Shown piece after piece: positions 28,680 through 40,269 of a stretch of DNA of 64,000 nt. Both the position numbers and the translations under genes were made by a program. Location of the stretch: the NCBI GenBank assembly GCA_963848685.1, contig CAWKED010000003.1, positions 266,337-330,336 on the forward strand. The letters are read 5' to 3'. The notes under the pieces were generated by a model. It had not been told where the DNA came from. It searched no databases and was given only the letters and a program-made list of their open reading frames with translations. How positions within the stretch are numbered: the stretch's first letter is position 1; each line of letters opens with the position of its first letter. This DNA comes from an uncultured Acidobacteriaceae bacterium. Its GTDB lineage: Bacteria > Acidobacteriota > Terriglobia > Terriglobales > Acidobacteriaceae.

Positions 28680-30752
28680 CTACAGCTCCATCCGATGGTT
28701 TGCTGCCGTTGCCGTCGCCTTAGCAATAAACTCCGTCAGTCGCACGCTGCCCTGGTCGCCTTTGCCGCGCGTGCGCACAGAAACCGAGTCTGCTTCGGCC
28801 TCCTTGTCGCCCATCACGAGCACATAAGGAACCTTCTGCATCGTAAAGTCGCGGATCTTGGCGTTCATCTTTTCGTTCCGGAGATCCAGCTCCACGCGCA
28901 GTCCCGCGGCTTGTAACTCTTTCTGCACTTTCTGCGCGTACTCCGTGTGCCGCTCGGCGATCGGCACCAGGCCAACCTGCACGGGAGCCAGCCAGAGCGG
29001 AAAGGCGCCCGCGTAATGTTCAATCAGAACGCCAAAGAATCGTTCCACGGAGCCGAAAAGCGCGCGATGCACCATCACCGGCTGGTGGCGCTCGCCGTCA
29101 TCGCCGATGTATTCCAGCTCGAACCGCGCCGGCAGATTGAAGTCGAACTGCACCGTCGAAAGCTGCCACAGCCGGCCGAGAACATCCACCAGCTTGACGT
29201 CAATCTTCGGCCCGTAGAACGCAGCTTCGCCCGGGATGGTGGTGAAGGGAATTCCCTTGCGCGTAAGCACGCGCTGCAGCGAACCAATCGCCAGCTCCCA
29301 GTTTTCATCCGAGCCGATGTAGGACTTGCGGTCGCGCGGGTCCCACGTGCTCAGCTCGACCTTGTATTCGCTGAAGCCAAAGACGTTCAGCGTCGTCTCG
29401 GCGAAGTCGATGCAGGCCGCGACCTCGTCTTCTATCTGTTGCGGCGTGCAGAAGATATGCGCATCATCCTGCGTGAATCCACGAACACGCAGCAGGCCGT
29501 GCATGGTCCCCGATCGCTCGTAGCGATAGACATTTCCCAGTTCGGCATAACGCAGAGGCAGGTCACGATAGCTGCGCGGCGCGTTCTTATAGATCAGCAC
29601 GTGGCCAGGGCAATTCATCGGCTTCAGCCGGTATTCGGCGTCGTCGAGCTCCATGGGGGAATACATGTTGCCGGCGTAGAAGCCCTCATGGCCGCTGATC
29701 TTCCACAGCTCGCGGCGCATGACGTGCGGCGTGAAAACCAGATCGTAACCGCGGCGGATACATTCTTCGCGCATCCAGTCTTCCATCGCCCGGCGTATTA
29801 CGCCGCCCTTCGGGTGCCAGAAAATAAGCCCGGCGCCGGCGACTTCCTGGATCGAGAAAAGATCAAGCTGCCTGCCAAGAACCCGATGATCGCGCGCCTT
29901 GATCTCTTCCAGCCGCTTGAAGTGCGCATCCAGGTCTTTCTGCGAGAAGAACGCTGTACCGTAAACGCGCTGCAACTGCGGGTTCTTCTCGTCGCCGAGC
30001 CAGTACGCGCCGGCGAGACTTGTAACCTTGAATGCCTTTACCCGGCCAGTGGAAGGCACGTGCGGCCCGCGGCAGAAGTCGACAAAACTGCCGTTGCGAT
30101 AAAAGCTGACATCTTCGCCCGGTTTGGTAAAGCGCTCGACGAAGTGGACTTTCATGAAGTCGCCTTCCGCGCGAAACTTCTCCAGGCCCGCCTCTCGCGG
30201 AACGTATTCGCGCGTGAACTTCTCGTCCCGCGCGGCGACCTCGCCCATCCTGATCTCGATGCGCGCCAGGTCTTCCGGCGTGAACGGAGTCTCCCGGTAG
30301 AAATCGTAAAAGAAGCCATTCTCGGTGGCCGGCCCGTGGCCCAGCTTCGTCTCCGGAAACAGTTCCGTGACGGCGGTCGCCATGACGTGTGCGGCGGAGT
30401 GGCGCAGCACCTGCAGCGCCTCCGGGTCGCGCTCCGTCAACAGCGCAATGCTGGAGTCTTCGTGCAGAGGAGTCGACAGGTCAACCAGCTGAGGAGCGTT
30501 GGCTTGCGTCGCGCCGCCGTACATCGCGGCTTCAGTGGAATCAGGCGTAGGTATCGCTTCGGCCGCCGCATCCGTCGGCGCCGGATGTTCCGCAGCCGGG
30601 ACCGCATGAGCGGGATGGAGGCGCGTAACCCGCGCAACAATGGAGACAGCAGCCAGCCTCGGCGAAATGGAGTTGGCGACGTCCAGCGGAGTGCTTCCGG
30701 AAGGGAATTCGCGGACCGCGCCGTCCGGAAGAGTGATGCGAATCTGGCTCAT
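28680..30752 (-). CDS. thrS: Threonine--tRNA ligase
   Basis: 690 aa. N-terminal TGS domain MSQIRITLPDGAVREFPSGSTPLDVANSISPRLA. Class II core: RDHRVLGRQLDLF, YRLKPMNCPGH, LRYAELGNVYRYERSGTMHGLLRVRGFTQDDAHIF. Anticodon-binding C-terminus. An Ala/Pro-rich insertion follows the TGS strand. Confidence 0.94.
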   Translation of the reverse strand: MSQIRITLPDGAVREFPSGSTPLDVANSISPRLAAVSIVARVTRLHPAHAVPAAEHPAPTDAAAEAIPTPDSTEAAMYGGATQANAPQLVDLSTPLHEDSSIALLTERDPEALQVLRHSAAHVMATAVTELFPETKLGHGPATENGFFYDFYRETPFTPEDLARIEIRMGEVAARDEKFTREYVPREAGLEKFRAEGDFMKVHFVERFTKPGEDVSFYRNGSFVDFCRGPHVPSTGRVKAFKVTSLAGAYWLGDEKNPQLQRVYGTAFFSQKDLDAHFKRLEEIKARDHRVLGRQLDLFSIQEVAGAGLIFWHPKGGVIRRAMEDWMREECIRRGYDLVFTPHVMRRELWKISGHEGFYAGNMYSPMELDDAEYRLKPMNCPGHVLIYKNAPRSYRDLPLRYAELGNVYRYERSGTMHGLLRVRGFTQDDAHIFCTPQQIEDEVAACIDFAETTLNVFGFSEYKVELSTWDPRDRKSYIGSDENWELAIGSLQRVLTRKGIPFTTIPGEAAFYGPKIDVKLVDVLGRLWQLSTVQFDFNLPARFELEYIGDDGERHQPVMVHRALFGSVERFFGVLIEHYAGAFPLWLAPVQVGLVPIAERHTEYAQKVQKELQAAGLRVELDLRNEKMNAKIRDFTMQKVPYVLVMGDKEAEADSVSVRTRGKGDQGSVRLTEFIAKATATAANHRMEL

Positions 30753-30871
30753 GGTTGCTTGAACAGGATATCGTGACGGCGCCAGACCGGCCGCCTCTGG
30801 TCAAACTTGCGGCGTGGAAAGCGGTAGCATCCAGAAGCCTTAACCTGTTCGTACGTGCATTGGAGGCCGGA

Positions 30872-31780
30872 ATGAGATTTCGCGCGCAGACCCTTGCCGT
30901 TATCCTGTTTGCCACAATCATGTCCTCCGTGCCCGGCTGCAAACCGCAACGCGTCAGCGTGTCTGACGTGGACAATCTGCCGTCTTCACCGCCTGCGCTG
31001 AGCGTCAGCTACGGGCCAGACCCGATCCAGACCGGCGACCTGCGGCTTCCGCCAGGCAAGGGACCGTTCCCCGTGGTGGTTGTGATTCACGGCGGCTGCT
31101 GGACAAAAGGGTTCGCGACCAGGCGGAATACCGCGGCACTGGCCAGCTTTCTCACCGAACGCGGCTACGCCACCTGGAACATCGAGTACCGGCAACTCGG
31201 CGAACCCGGCGCGGGCTGGCCGGGAACGTTTCTTGACTGGGCAAACGCGACCGACTATCTGCGCGTGCTCGCCAAGACCCAGCCGCTGCGGCTGGACAAC
31301 GTCAGCACCATCGGCCACTCCGCCGGCGCGTTCGCGGCATTGTGGCTTGCCTCGCGCGCCAGGCTGGCGCCGTCGAGCGAAATTCGCGGCGGCGACCCGT
31401 TGCCGGTCGCCAGCGCCATCGCGCTCGACGGCCCGGCCAACCTCACGGAGTCGCGGCTGAAAGATGATTCCTACTGCGGTGTCGAAGCGGTCGCACCGCT
31501 GATGGGCGGGACTCCGGAAGCCGTGCCGCAACGCTACGCGCAGGCAGATATCGATACCCGGCTCCCTCTGCGCGCAAGGCAGACTATGTTCGCGGCCGTG
31601 TTCACGACGCCGGCAGAAGCCGAGCCCTACGTCAAGAAAGCATTGGCAGCAGGAGACGACATAACCCTTGTGCCGGTGCACGATTCCGGCCACTTTGAAG
31701 TGATCGCGCCAACCTCGAAGGTCTTTCGCGAGCAGGTGGAAAAGCCGCTGCTCAAAGCGCTGCCCGCCGGTAAAGAGTGA
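30872..31780 (+). CDS. Alpha/beta hydrolase (esterase/lipase-type) lipoprotein
   Basis: The ATG at 30872 is preceded by ggagg (the track ORF starts at 30755, overlapping the thrS start). MRFRAQTLAVILFATIMSSVPGC carries a lipobox-like Cys. VVVIHGGCW forms the oxyanion region and GHSAGA is the nucleophile elbow. Confidence 0.78.
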   Translation: MRFRAQTLAVILFATIMSSVPGCKPQRVSVSDVDNLPSSPPALSVSYGPDPIQTGDLRLPPGKGPFPVVVVIHGGCWTKGFATRRNTAALASFLTERGYATWNIEYRQLGEPGAGWPGTFLDWANATDYLRVLAKTQPLRLDNVSTIGHSAGAFAALWLASRARLAPSSEIRGGDPLPVASAIALDGPANLTESRLKDDSYCGVEAVAPLMGGTPEAVPQRYAQADIDTRLPLRARQTMFAAVFTTPAEAEPYVKKALAAGDDITLVPVHDSGHFEVIAPTSKVFREQVEKPLLKALPAGKE

Positions 31781-31926
31781 GTTAAGACGGATTTGGAAAC
31801 AGCGGCACCGACGCAGCGAGCGCAGACGCCCGTAGCTTGGCGTCCAGCGTTGCGAACGGCAGATCATCTCTGCAGCCAGCGATTCGGAGATATCAAGAGC
31901 CAGTCTGCATGCCATTAGGCAACAAG

Positions 31927-31952
31927 AGAGCCGCCCGAAGGCGGCTCTTTTT
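31927..31952. terminator. Intrinsic terminator hairpin, probably bidirectional
   Basis: agagccgcc-cgaa-ggcggctct: 9-bp stem, tetraloop, then tttt on the + strand. It lies 23 nt downstream of the rpoD stop on the minus strand (A-run upstream, tcttgtt after). Confidence 0.6.
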
Positions 31953-31974
31953 GCTGGTGCAACTATGTGCGGTT

Positions 31975-33684
<1,710 letters not shown>

Positions 33685-34068
33685 GCGCGCGTCGTCCTTC
33701 CGCTCCGTTTTGAGCAGTTCGGGAGTTCTTTGTCCTCGGGCGAGACTCTAGATGTTGCGGCAGCGCCGCGACGGCAAGCCATGCAATGGGCAAGTCTGTG
33801 AAAACAGACGCCAAGGCGCACGTCCCCTGATAGAGAAAGTGTACCATAAAGGCCCTTTAAATCCTTTGGATTGTGCCTGTTGCTGCACTGCGCGGAATGC
33901 GTTTCCAGCCCGAAAACGAACCCTGTCAAGTGTTTAGACGCCTCGGCATGGCTTTCCGATGCAATGGCGGCCGAGTGTTAAGTCTCAATCGTGCGGCACT
34001 GGTTTTTCGCTCAGGCGAGAGCTACTATCAACGCCTCACCGAAATCTGGGCCACCTTGGAGTCGTACG

Positions 34069-37000
34069 ATGAATCGCTCTGATTGTTGTGGTGTCGTTCT
34101 TGCCTGCCCGAAGCTGCTCCTTGCTGCCTTCTGTGTGCTGGCTCTTAGTGCGGCGCCATCTCTGGCGCAGAATGTCGAGAAGTGTTCCGCCACGAATTCC
34201 AGCGGCCAGCACATTCTGCCCCCCGGCGATGCAAATACTGACCTCGAGGTCAATGGCGTCAACTGCATTGTGGACGGCTCCGCCATGTCCGGCGGCGTAT
34301 CAGGAAGCTATGTCTACCGCAACGTCAACATCTGGAACAAGGGCACGCTGACATTCAATGACGCGCAGATTGATTTCCACGCGCACTCTATTCTGGTCGA
34401 GCGTGACGGCACGCTGATGACCGCGGGCGCAATCAATGGGCCGCTCACGATCTGGCTGTGGGGCGGTCCCAAGCCGGCCGACACGATCGATTCCATCACC
34501 TGCAAGAGCGATACCAAGAACCAGTGCGGCATTCCGGACGCTCTCTGGACTTCGAACCCGAATGTCGCGATGCAGATGAAGCCGACCATGCCATGCAATC
34601 CGGCTTCAAAATACGGTGTCATGCTGCCGATGAACGACTGCTTCTACCCGTACGAAGTTTTTGATAGTGGGGACAAAGCGGGCGCCTATTTCGGGCGCAA
34701 GGTCCTGGCACTGTCCGCAGGCGGGACCATCATGCTGAGCGGGGCCAAGGGCATCCGCACCGGCATGCCGATGGAGGCGAAACCGGCCGATTCCGGCACA
34801 AGCTGGGGGCGGCTGAACAAGGACGTCACGGACGGCCTCACGCTTGTGCTTGATCGCGAGATGACGACATGGGCGCCGGGTGACCACATCGTTGTCACGA
34901 CAACTGACTATCTTCCCGGGCACACGGAAGAGCGCGTCATCGGCACGATCAAGACGGTTGGCGGGGTTTCACAGATTGTGCTGACGCAGAAGCTGACGTA
35001 TCCGCACAGCGGAACGGCGTACGACTACAGCGCGACCCAGAAGGCCAACCCCACCGCGGGCCCGGCTGCCGATCCGAATCTGACAACTCTCGCTGCGGGA
35101 CACATCGAGACACGCGCCATTGTGGCGCTGCTGACGCGCAGCGTCGTTATCGCTTCCGAGGGCCTTACACCAACACTGGCCCGCAACGCCGACCACTTCC
35201 CGGAGACAATCGGGAATTTCTATGGCGGCCAGACTGTCGTGCGCGACGGCTTCTCCACCTACCAGATGCAGGGAATCGAGTTTTACCAGCTTGGCCAGGC
35301 CGGCGTCATCGGGCGCTACCCCGTGCACTTCCATATGGCGCGCAACGTTCCCCAGCCGGACGGCAGTTTCCTCGGGACGTATGTTGCGGACAGCTCCATC
35401 GTGGATTCCATGACGCGCTTTATCACACTGCATGCCACGCAGGGCGTCACGCTGGCGCGCAACGTCGGTTACAAATCCATCGGTCACGGTTTCTACCTGG
35501 AAGACGCGACAGAGACCAACAATCGCATTTACTCGAACGCCGCCCTTTCGGTGCGCGCAGCCATTCGCAACCCGGCGACCAATCCGCGCCAGGCGCCCGG
35601 CATTCTTGACCTCCCGCTCAACATGTATCCGCCGCCGCTGCCGCCGGCCCCGGTCATTCCGCCGAAGCCCGGCAATATCGTGTACGCCGACCAGCCTTAT
35701 GTCGGCGACATATCGACGCCCTCCGCGTTCTGGGTCATGAACACCTGGAACGACATGGAATACAACGCAGCAGTCGGCGCAAACGCCTGTGGCGCATGCT
35801 ACTGGCTGCCGCCTGCGGGCGTCAGCGGCCCTTCACGGTACGAGACGTGGAAGGGCTATGCCGCCATGCAGCTCAACAGCAACCTTCAGGGCGCTGTGCC
35901 GACAGATGTCTTCAAGGGCAACATGTGCAGCGCGGCCATGTTCTCGCTGCTGACCATCGGCAGCACCACGGCCTGCACAGGACTGATCTACGGGCCTGCC
36001 TCGGACGCGCCCAACACGCTCGTCACCATCGTCAACCCGAACCCGGTGCCGCTGCCACTTGACTCCTACCCGATCGTCAACGGACAGCGCGCCAAGACGA
36101 CCAACTGCACCGACCAGACCAGCGACTGCAGCGCCGTCCCGGCATGTACAGGTTCGGGCGCCGGCCTGGCCAACTGCATTCCTTTTGTCGTGGACCATTT
36201 CACGACGTCCTTCAACTGGGCCCCGACCAACTTTGCCGCGGTTTGGCTGCGCGGATGGTGGTACCTGCTGCAGAATTCGGCCATCACCGACTCGCAGAAT
36301 GGCGGCGTCACCTTTGTCACCGGCGGCGGCTACACGCGGTCCGACGTGGCGCAGGGCTACTGGTCCGTCATGAAGAACAGCGTCCTCGTCGGCAACACGC
36401 AGCCCATCATCGGCGATACCCAGCTGCCGGCCAATGCCTTTGCCTCCAACGCCGGGCCGTTCAATCCCAAGGGCGAGATCTGTCCCTACAACGTCGGCCG
36501 CTGCGTCTCCATGCAAAGCGGAACGACGTTCATCCTGTCCAACTTCGGCAATAACCAGCGCATGTTCAACATCTACGATGGCCCGACCAGCGAGTTCAGC
36601 AACATTTACGCGGACATCCATCCCACCATCGTCGCCACGCTCGGCAAGTGCAAGAGTGATCCCAAGCTCCCGGGGAGCTGCGCGCAGAGCAACTGGGCGA
36701 ATGCCTATCTTCCCGGAGTGCTCCAGTATCCGCCGACGCGCGAGTTGACCAGCTCCTGCGTGCTGGCCAACGCCGCCATCGCCTGGAAGCAGCCCAACGG
36801 CTTCTACTATCCACCCGTGTTCAGCTCCGCCAACCTCGTGTTCAAGGACGCGCCGCTGCGCCATTTTGTCATCGAGCCTGCGTATTTTCCCGGGACGCTC
36901 AACGAAGACAGCGACCTCATCACGAAGACCTACTGCTCGTGGGAGCCGCGCATGTTCAAGGATTCGTTCACGGACATCGATCGCGAAACAGAGTTGAGTG

Positions 37001-38079
37001 ACGTGGACGGCAGCCTTACCGGCCTGGTCGCCAACGACCCCACGTCCATGCCGGCGCAGCGTTCCACGGTTTCCGTCAACAAGGATGCGTTCTTCACCGT
37101 GCCGCTCGACACGGACGAGTGTGCCAGCGGGCAGTCAGGCTCTCCCACGGCGAAAAACGACGGCGCGACCGCAAACACCAGCCCGTACGAGTACCTGACC
37201 ACGGCCGTATTTCCGGAGTGCGCTCGCGGGAATCGGGACTGCGGCGGCAACTGGCTCCAGAACTGCGCCAACCCGCAATGCTATGGCGTGCCGCTGTACC
37301 GGCAATACCTGACCCCGACGGAAATTACTGCGTTCGAAAAAGACCCGAACAACCGGCCGTCCATCCGCATGATGGGCCAGGCCAGCGGCCAGCGAAGCAC
37401 CATGACGCTCAACCACGGTTCGTACTACATCGATACCACCGTGCCCTCCTCCACGCAGAGCGTCTCCGGCCCGTTTGTCAGCCTCTTCAAGCAAGGGGTG
37501 AATTACGACTTCTTCCTGGTCTTCGCCAGAAACGCAACCCACCAGAAGTACACCATCTTCATCGGCACCGGGCTCTCGCAGGAGGCCGGAATGGCGGCGT
37601 TCAAGCCGGGACGGATGCTCATCCCGGACAACGATTTCCCCTTCAATCCCGACGAGAGCGGCACATGGGCAACCGCCACTTACGACTCAGGCTCCGGCCT
37701 GCTGAGCATTGACATCAACCTGGCAAATGCCGCTGACCTCAATACAAAAAATCTCGGCGACTTCTGCCAGCCCAAGACCTATTGCGCGTGGGACAGCACC
37801 AAGAACTCCTGCGGATGCAAAGCCGGGACAAGCTGCAAAGACAGCAACGTCTGCGCCTTCGCGACCTCCGACATTGACTGCCCGGTTGACGGCTGCTACG
37901 GCTTCCAGATCGCGATGCCGACCAACACCTCGGACGCGCAGAAGACGCCGCCGCTGCCGCAACCCTTTTCCGCCGAGCCGTATTTCGCCGGTGTCACCTT
38001 CAAGCGCGGTACAACGAACACATCCGACGCCTGCTATTACAAGGATGTGCCGGCAGCCAGCCTGAAGCTGCCCGAGTAA
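34069..38079 (+). CDS. Secreted, Cys-rich G8-domain / right-handed beta-helix protein homologous to vertebrate CEMIP (KIAA1199) / TMEM2
   Basis: The ATG at 34069 is preceded by ggag (the track ORF starts at 33991). Signal peptide MNRSDCCGVVLACPKLLLAAFCVLALSAAPSLAQ. G8-like N-terminus (LEVNGVNCIVDG...NIWNKGTLTFNDAQIDFHAHSILVERDGTLMTAGAINGPLTIWLWG; WAPGDHIVVTTTDYLPGHTEERVI; IETRAIVALLTRSVVI). The core GRYPVHFHMARNV...TYVADSSIVDSMTRFITLHATQGVTLARNVGYKSIGHGFYLEDATETNNRIYSN matches my recollection of the CEMIP segment GQYPIHFHLAGDV...TYIRDLSIHHTFSRCVTVHGSNGLLIKDVVGYNSLGHCFFTEDGPEERNTF. Later matches: SAFWVMN / STFWMAN, AVWLRGWW / AWLRGGDVW, IYDGP / LYDGP, SDVDGSLTG / HDVDGSVSE. Confidence 0.8.
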   Translation: MNRSDCCGVVLACPKLLLAAFCVLALSAAPSLAQNVEKCSATNSSGQHILPPGDANTDLEVNGVNCIVDGSAMSGGVSGSYVYRNVNIWNKGTLTFNDAQIDFHAHSILVERDGTLMTAGAINGPLTIWLWGGPKPADTIDSITCKSDTKNQCGIPDALWTSNPNVAMQMKPTMPCNPASKYGVMLPMNDCFYPYEVFDSGDKAGAYFGRKVLALSAGGTIMLSGAKGIRTGMPMEAKPADSGTSWGRLNKDVTDGLTLVLDREMTTWAPGDHIVVTTTDYLPGHTEERVIGTIKTVGGVSQIVLTQKLTYPHSGTAYDYSATQKANPTAGPAADPNLTTLAAGHIETRAIVALLTRSVVIASEGLTPTLARNADHFPETIGNFYGGQTVVRDGFSTYQMQGIEFYQLGQAGVIGRYPVHFHMARNVPQPDGSFLGTYVADSSIVDSMTRFITLHATQGVTLARNVGYKSIGHGFYLEDATETNNRIYSNAALSVRAAIRNPATNPRQAPGILDLPLNMYPPPLPPAPVIPPKPGNIVYADQPYVGDISTPSAFWVMNTWNDMEYNAAVGANACGACYWLPPAGVSGPSRYETWKGYAAMQLNSNLQGAVPTDVFKGNMCSAAMFSLLTIGSTTACTGLIYGPASDAPNTLVTIVNPNPVPLPLDSYPIVNGQRAKTTNCTDQTSDCSAVPACTGSGAGLANCIPFVVDHFTTSFNWAPTNFAAVWLRGWWYLLQNSAITDSQNGGVTFVTGGGYTRSDVAQGYWSVMKNSVLVGNTQPIIGDTQLPANAFASNAGPFNPKGEICPYNVGRCVSMQSGTTFILSNFGNNQRMFNIYDGPTSEFSNIYADIHPTIVATLGKCKSDPKLPGSCAQSNWANAYLPGVLQYPPTRELTSSCVLANAAIAWKQPNGFYYPPVFSSANLVFKDAPLRHFVIEPAYFPGTLNEDSDLITKTYCSWEPRMFKDSFTDIDRETELSDVDGSLTGLVANDPTSMPAQRSTVSVNKDAFFTVPLDTDECASGQSGSPTAKNDGATANTSPYEYLTTAVFPECARGNRDCGGNWLQNCANPQCYGVPLYRQYLTPTEITAFEKDPNNRPSIRMMGQASGQRSTMTLNHGSYYIDTTVPSSTQSVSGPFVSLFKQGVNYDFFLVFARNATHQKYTIFIGTGLSQEAGMAAFKPGRMLIPDNDFPFNPDESGTWATATYDSGSGLLSIDINLANAADLNTKNLGDFCQPKTYCAWDSTKNSCGCKAGTSCKDSNVCAFATSDIDCPVDGCYGFQIAMPTNTSDAQKTPPLPQPFSAEPYFAGVTFKRGTTNTSDACYYKDVPAASLKLPE

Positions 38080-38172
38080 TACCAGCCAACGCGGAACTGG
38101 CCGGTCGTCCGCCCTCGGCGCGGGCGTCCGGTTAGCCTGCCGCACCGCATCGGCCCGCAGACACACCGTGGA

Positions 38173-38212
38173 TGTCATTCCGCTGGCCGCACAGCGACCG
38201 GAGCAATCTGCT
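38173..38212 (+). repeat. Palindromic repeat family, copy E (intergenic)
   Basis: tgtcattccgctggccgcacagcgaccggagcaatctgct. It lies between the convergent genes ending at 38079 (+) and 38237 (-). Confidence 0.65.
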
Positions 38213-38236
38213 CTTGCTTTCACCATCGGCCCGCAG

Positions 38237-40216
38237 CTAGTGGTTGACCAGCAGATACTTGCCGCCGCTGAACGCCAGCTGCCTGCCTCCGCCTGCGGTA
38301 AGCTGCGCGACGCGCTCCGGCTTCATCGTCACCACGAAGATGCGCCGCGGCCCGCCCCACAGCGGCGCAAAACTCGCATCGTCGTAGAAGCGGTTCGGGG
38401 CGTCCGGAAACAGCGAGCCGTACCAGAGGTTATCGATGCGGCCATTCAGCATGTAGAGCGGATGGCCGGTGTAGAAATTAAGGCTGCTGGCCAGCGAATA
38501 TTCGCCGTCCAGAACAATCTGCGCGTCCGGCTGCCAGTTCTGGTTCACCACTGCAGCCAGCGGCTCCGAGCCGAGGATTGGGTAGAAGACGTCCAGCCCG
38601 CGGTGCGCGCTGGACAGCACCAGCAGCATGGCGGCGGCAAGCGTCAGGTTCGATAGAAAGTACCGCCGCCGCGCCCGAAGCAGAAACGCGGTCAGCGTCC
38701 CCAGGCCCAGCCCCGCGCCGAACAACACCAGCGGCAGCCGGAAAAAGCCGAGCGACTCCGCCGTGAGATCGAAGAAGTGCCCAAAGCTCAGCGCGTAATC
38801 CTGCGGATGCCGCTGCAACTCGGTGAACAGGTCCGTGCCCGGCGCAGGCGCCCGCGACACAGCCGCGAAATAAAAGCACACCGCCGACACAGCAACACCA
38901 ACCACGGCCAGCGCGGTGGAAGACCACAGCCCGGCGCGGCGCGTCCAGCGCGCACCTTCCGGCTCCCGCGCGAGAAACATGCCCACCAGCAGACAAAGCG
39001 GCGGCACGGCAGGAATGGTGTAGTACTCCTGCCGCGTCGAAAAGCTGAAAAAGACAAGAATGACAAGCGTCCAGACAACAAACAAAGTCTGCGGCGAACG
39101 CAGCGCCACACGCCACGCAGTCAGCCTGCTTGCCAATGAGCTTTTCTGGTTGTCATTTCGCAGTGCGCCGCCGGTTCGAGGTGCCGCCAGACTCTCCTGG
39201 CTGTCACTCCGCAGGTCGCCGCCGCGACCGGAGGAATCTGCAGTTGCGTTTACCCGCGCCCGCCAAAGCTTCCAGCCGCGCCGCGCCACTGCCGGCAGAA
39301 ACACACCCCACGGAAACAGCCAGACCAGCAGCAACCCCCAGAACAGCAGGAAGGGCACCTTGTCGTAATCCCGAGGTATGCGCTTGTTCAGGTAGCGGTT
39401 CAGCTGGTCGTTAATAAAGTAGAACCAGAACCAGCCGCGCTGGACGGCGCTGCTTGCCGGATTTCGCACCGCGGCCAGCCAGTGCCAGGGCACAGCCGCC
39501 AGCAGAAACACTCCCGTCCCAAGACCGGCGCGCATCCGCCACAGCTTGCGCACCTGCGCCGTGACCACGAGATATCCGGCCAGCATGGCCAGCGGAAAAA
39601 CGACGCCGATCAATCCCTTGGTCAGCGTGCACGCCGCGCACACCAGCCCGAACGCCGCCGACTGCCACCACTTCGCGCGGCCATGCTTGTCCACGGAATC
39701 GATCATTCGGAGGACCAGGTCCGCGCAGATGGTCAGCCACAGCGCGACAATCACGTCCGGAATGAAAAACCGCGTGAACAGGTACGGCCCGACGCAGGTC
39801 GCAAACGCCAGGCCGGCAAACAATCCGGCGCGGTCGCCCAGCTCCGGGTTGTCGCCGCGATACATCAGCCGCGCAGCCAGCCAGTAAATCCAAAGCGTAA
39901 GCAGCAGAACGCTCAGCGCCAGCGGCAGCCGGACCGCCCAGTCATGCAGGCCGAACACATGCGCGAAAGCCGCGCCCATCCAGTACGGCAGCGGGGGCTT
40001 GTCGAAGTAGCGGATGCCGTCCGCGTACAGCGTCACGTAATCGTGCCGCAGCACCATCTCGCGCACCGCTTCCACATGTACGGAATCGGCGTCATCGAGC
40101 AGCGGCGGGCTGAAGATTCCGGCAAACTGCGTCAGCAGCCAGCAGACAAACAGAATGCCGACAGAGCGCCAGCGAATTGCGAGCCGCGCATAGGACTGGG
40201 AGAACGGCGAAGCCAA
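38237..40216 (-). CDS. GT39 / ArnT-like (PMT_2) membrane glycosyltransferase
   Basis: 659 aa and polytopic. N-terminal motif FSPPLLDDADSVHVEAVREMVLRHDYVTLYADGIRYFDKPPLPYWM is typical of the ArnT/PMT_2 first periplasmic loop (DE/DD motif). More than 10 predicted TM helices. Contains an inserted loop encoded by repeat copies F and G. Confidence 0.8.
   Translation of the reverse strand: MASPFSQSYARLAIRWRSVGILFVCWLLTQFAGIFSPPLLDDADSVHVEAVREMVLRHDYVTLYADGIRYFDKPPLPYWMGAAFAHVFGLHDWAVRLPLALSVLLLTLWIYWLAARLMYRGDNPELGDRAGLFAGLAFATCVGPYLFTRFFIPDVIVALWLTICADLVLRMIDSVDKHGRAKWWQSAAFGLVCAACTLTKGLIGVVFPLAMLAGYLVVTAQVRKLWRMRAGLGTGVFLLAAVPWHWLAAVRNPASSAVQRGWFWFYFINDQLNRYLNKRIPRDYDKVPFLLFWGLLLVWLFPWGVFLPAVARRGWKLWRARVNATADSSGRGGDLRSDSQESLAAPRTGGALRNDNQKSSLASRLTAWRVALRSPQTLFVVWTLVILVFFSFSTRQEYYTIPAVPPLCLLVGMFLAREPEGARWTRRAGLWSSTALAVVGVAVSAVCFYFAAVSRAPAPGTDLFTELQRHPQDYALSFGHFFDLTAESLGFFRLPLVLFGAGLGLGTLTAFLLRARRRYFLSNLTLAAAMLLVLSSAHRGLDVFYPILGSEPLAAVVNQNWQPDAQIVLDGEYSLASSLNFYTGHPLYMLNGRIDNLWYGSLFPDAPNRFYDDASFAPLWGGPRRIFVVTMKPERVAQLTAGGGRQLAFSGGKYLLVNH
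39150..39243 (+). repeat. Palindromic repeat family, tandem copies F (39150-39200, divergent) and G (39201-39243), antisense and in-frame inside the GT39 gene
   Basis: G is ctgtcactccgcaggtcgccgccgcgaccggaggaatctgcag, nearly identical to copy D at 7863. F is ttgtcatttcgcagtgcgccgccggttcgaggtgccgccagactctcctgg. In the gene frame they are translated as ADSSGRGGDLRSDSQESLAAPRTGGALRNDN. Confidence 0.7.
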
Positions 40217-40269
40217 ACCATAATTTTACGTGCTGCCCCAGCCGGCTCCTGCGCCGCCCTCGACACGAT

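Noticed and set aside
35653-35679. gtcattccgccgaagcccggcaatatc inside the CEMIP-like gene, resembling the head of the repeat family
   Set aside because: It encodes VIPPKPGN, which aligns with the YIPKPRQD segment of CEMIP, so it is ancestral coding sequence. The 3' GGAGGAATCTGC end is also absent.
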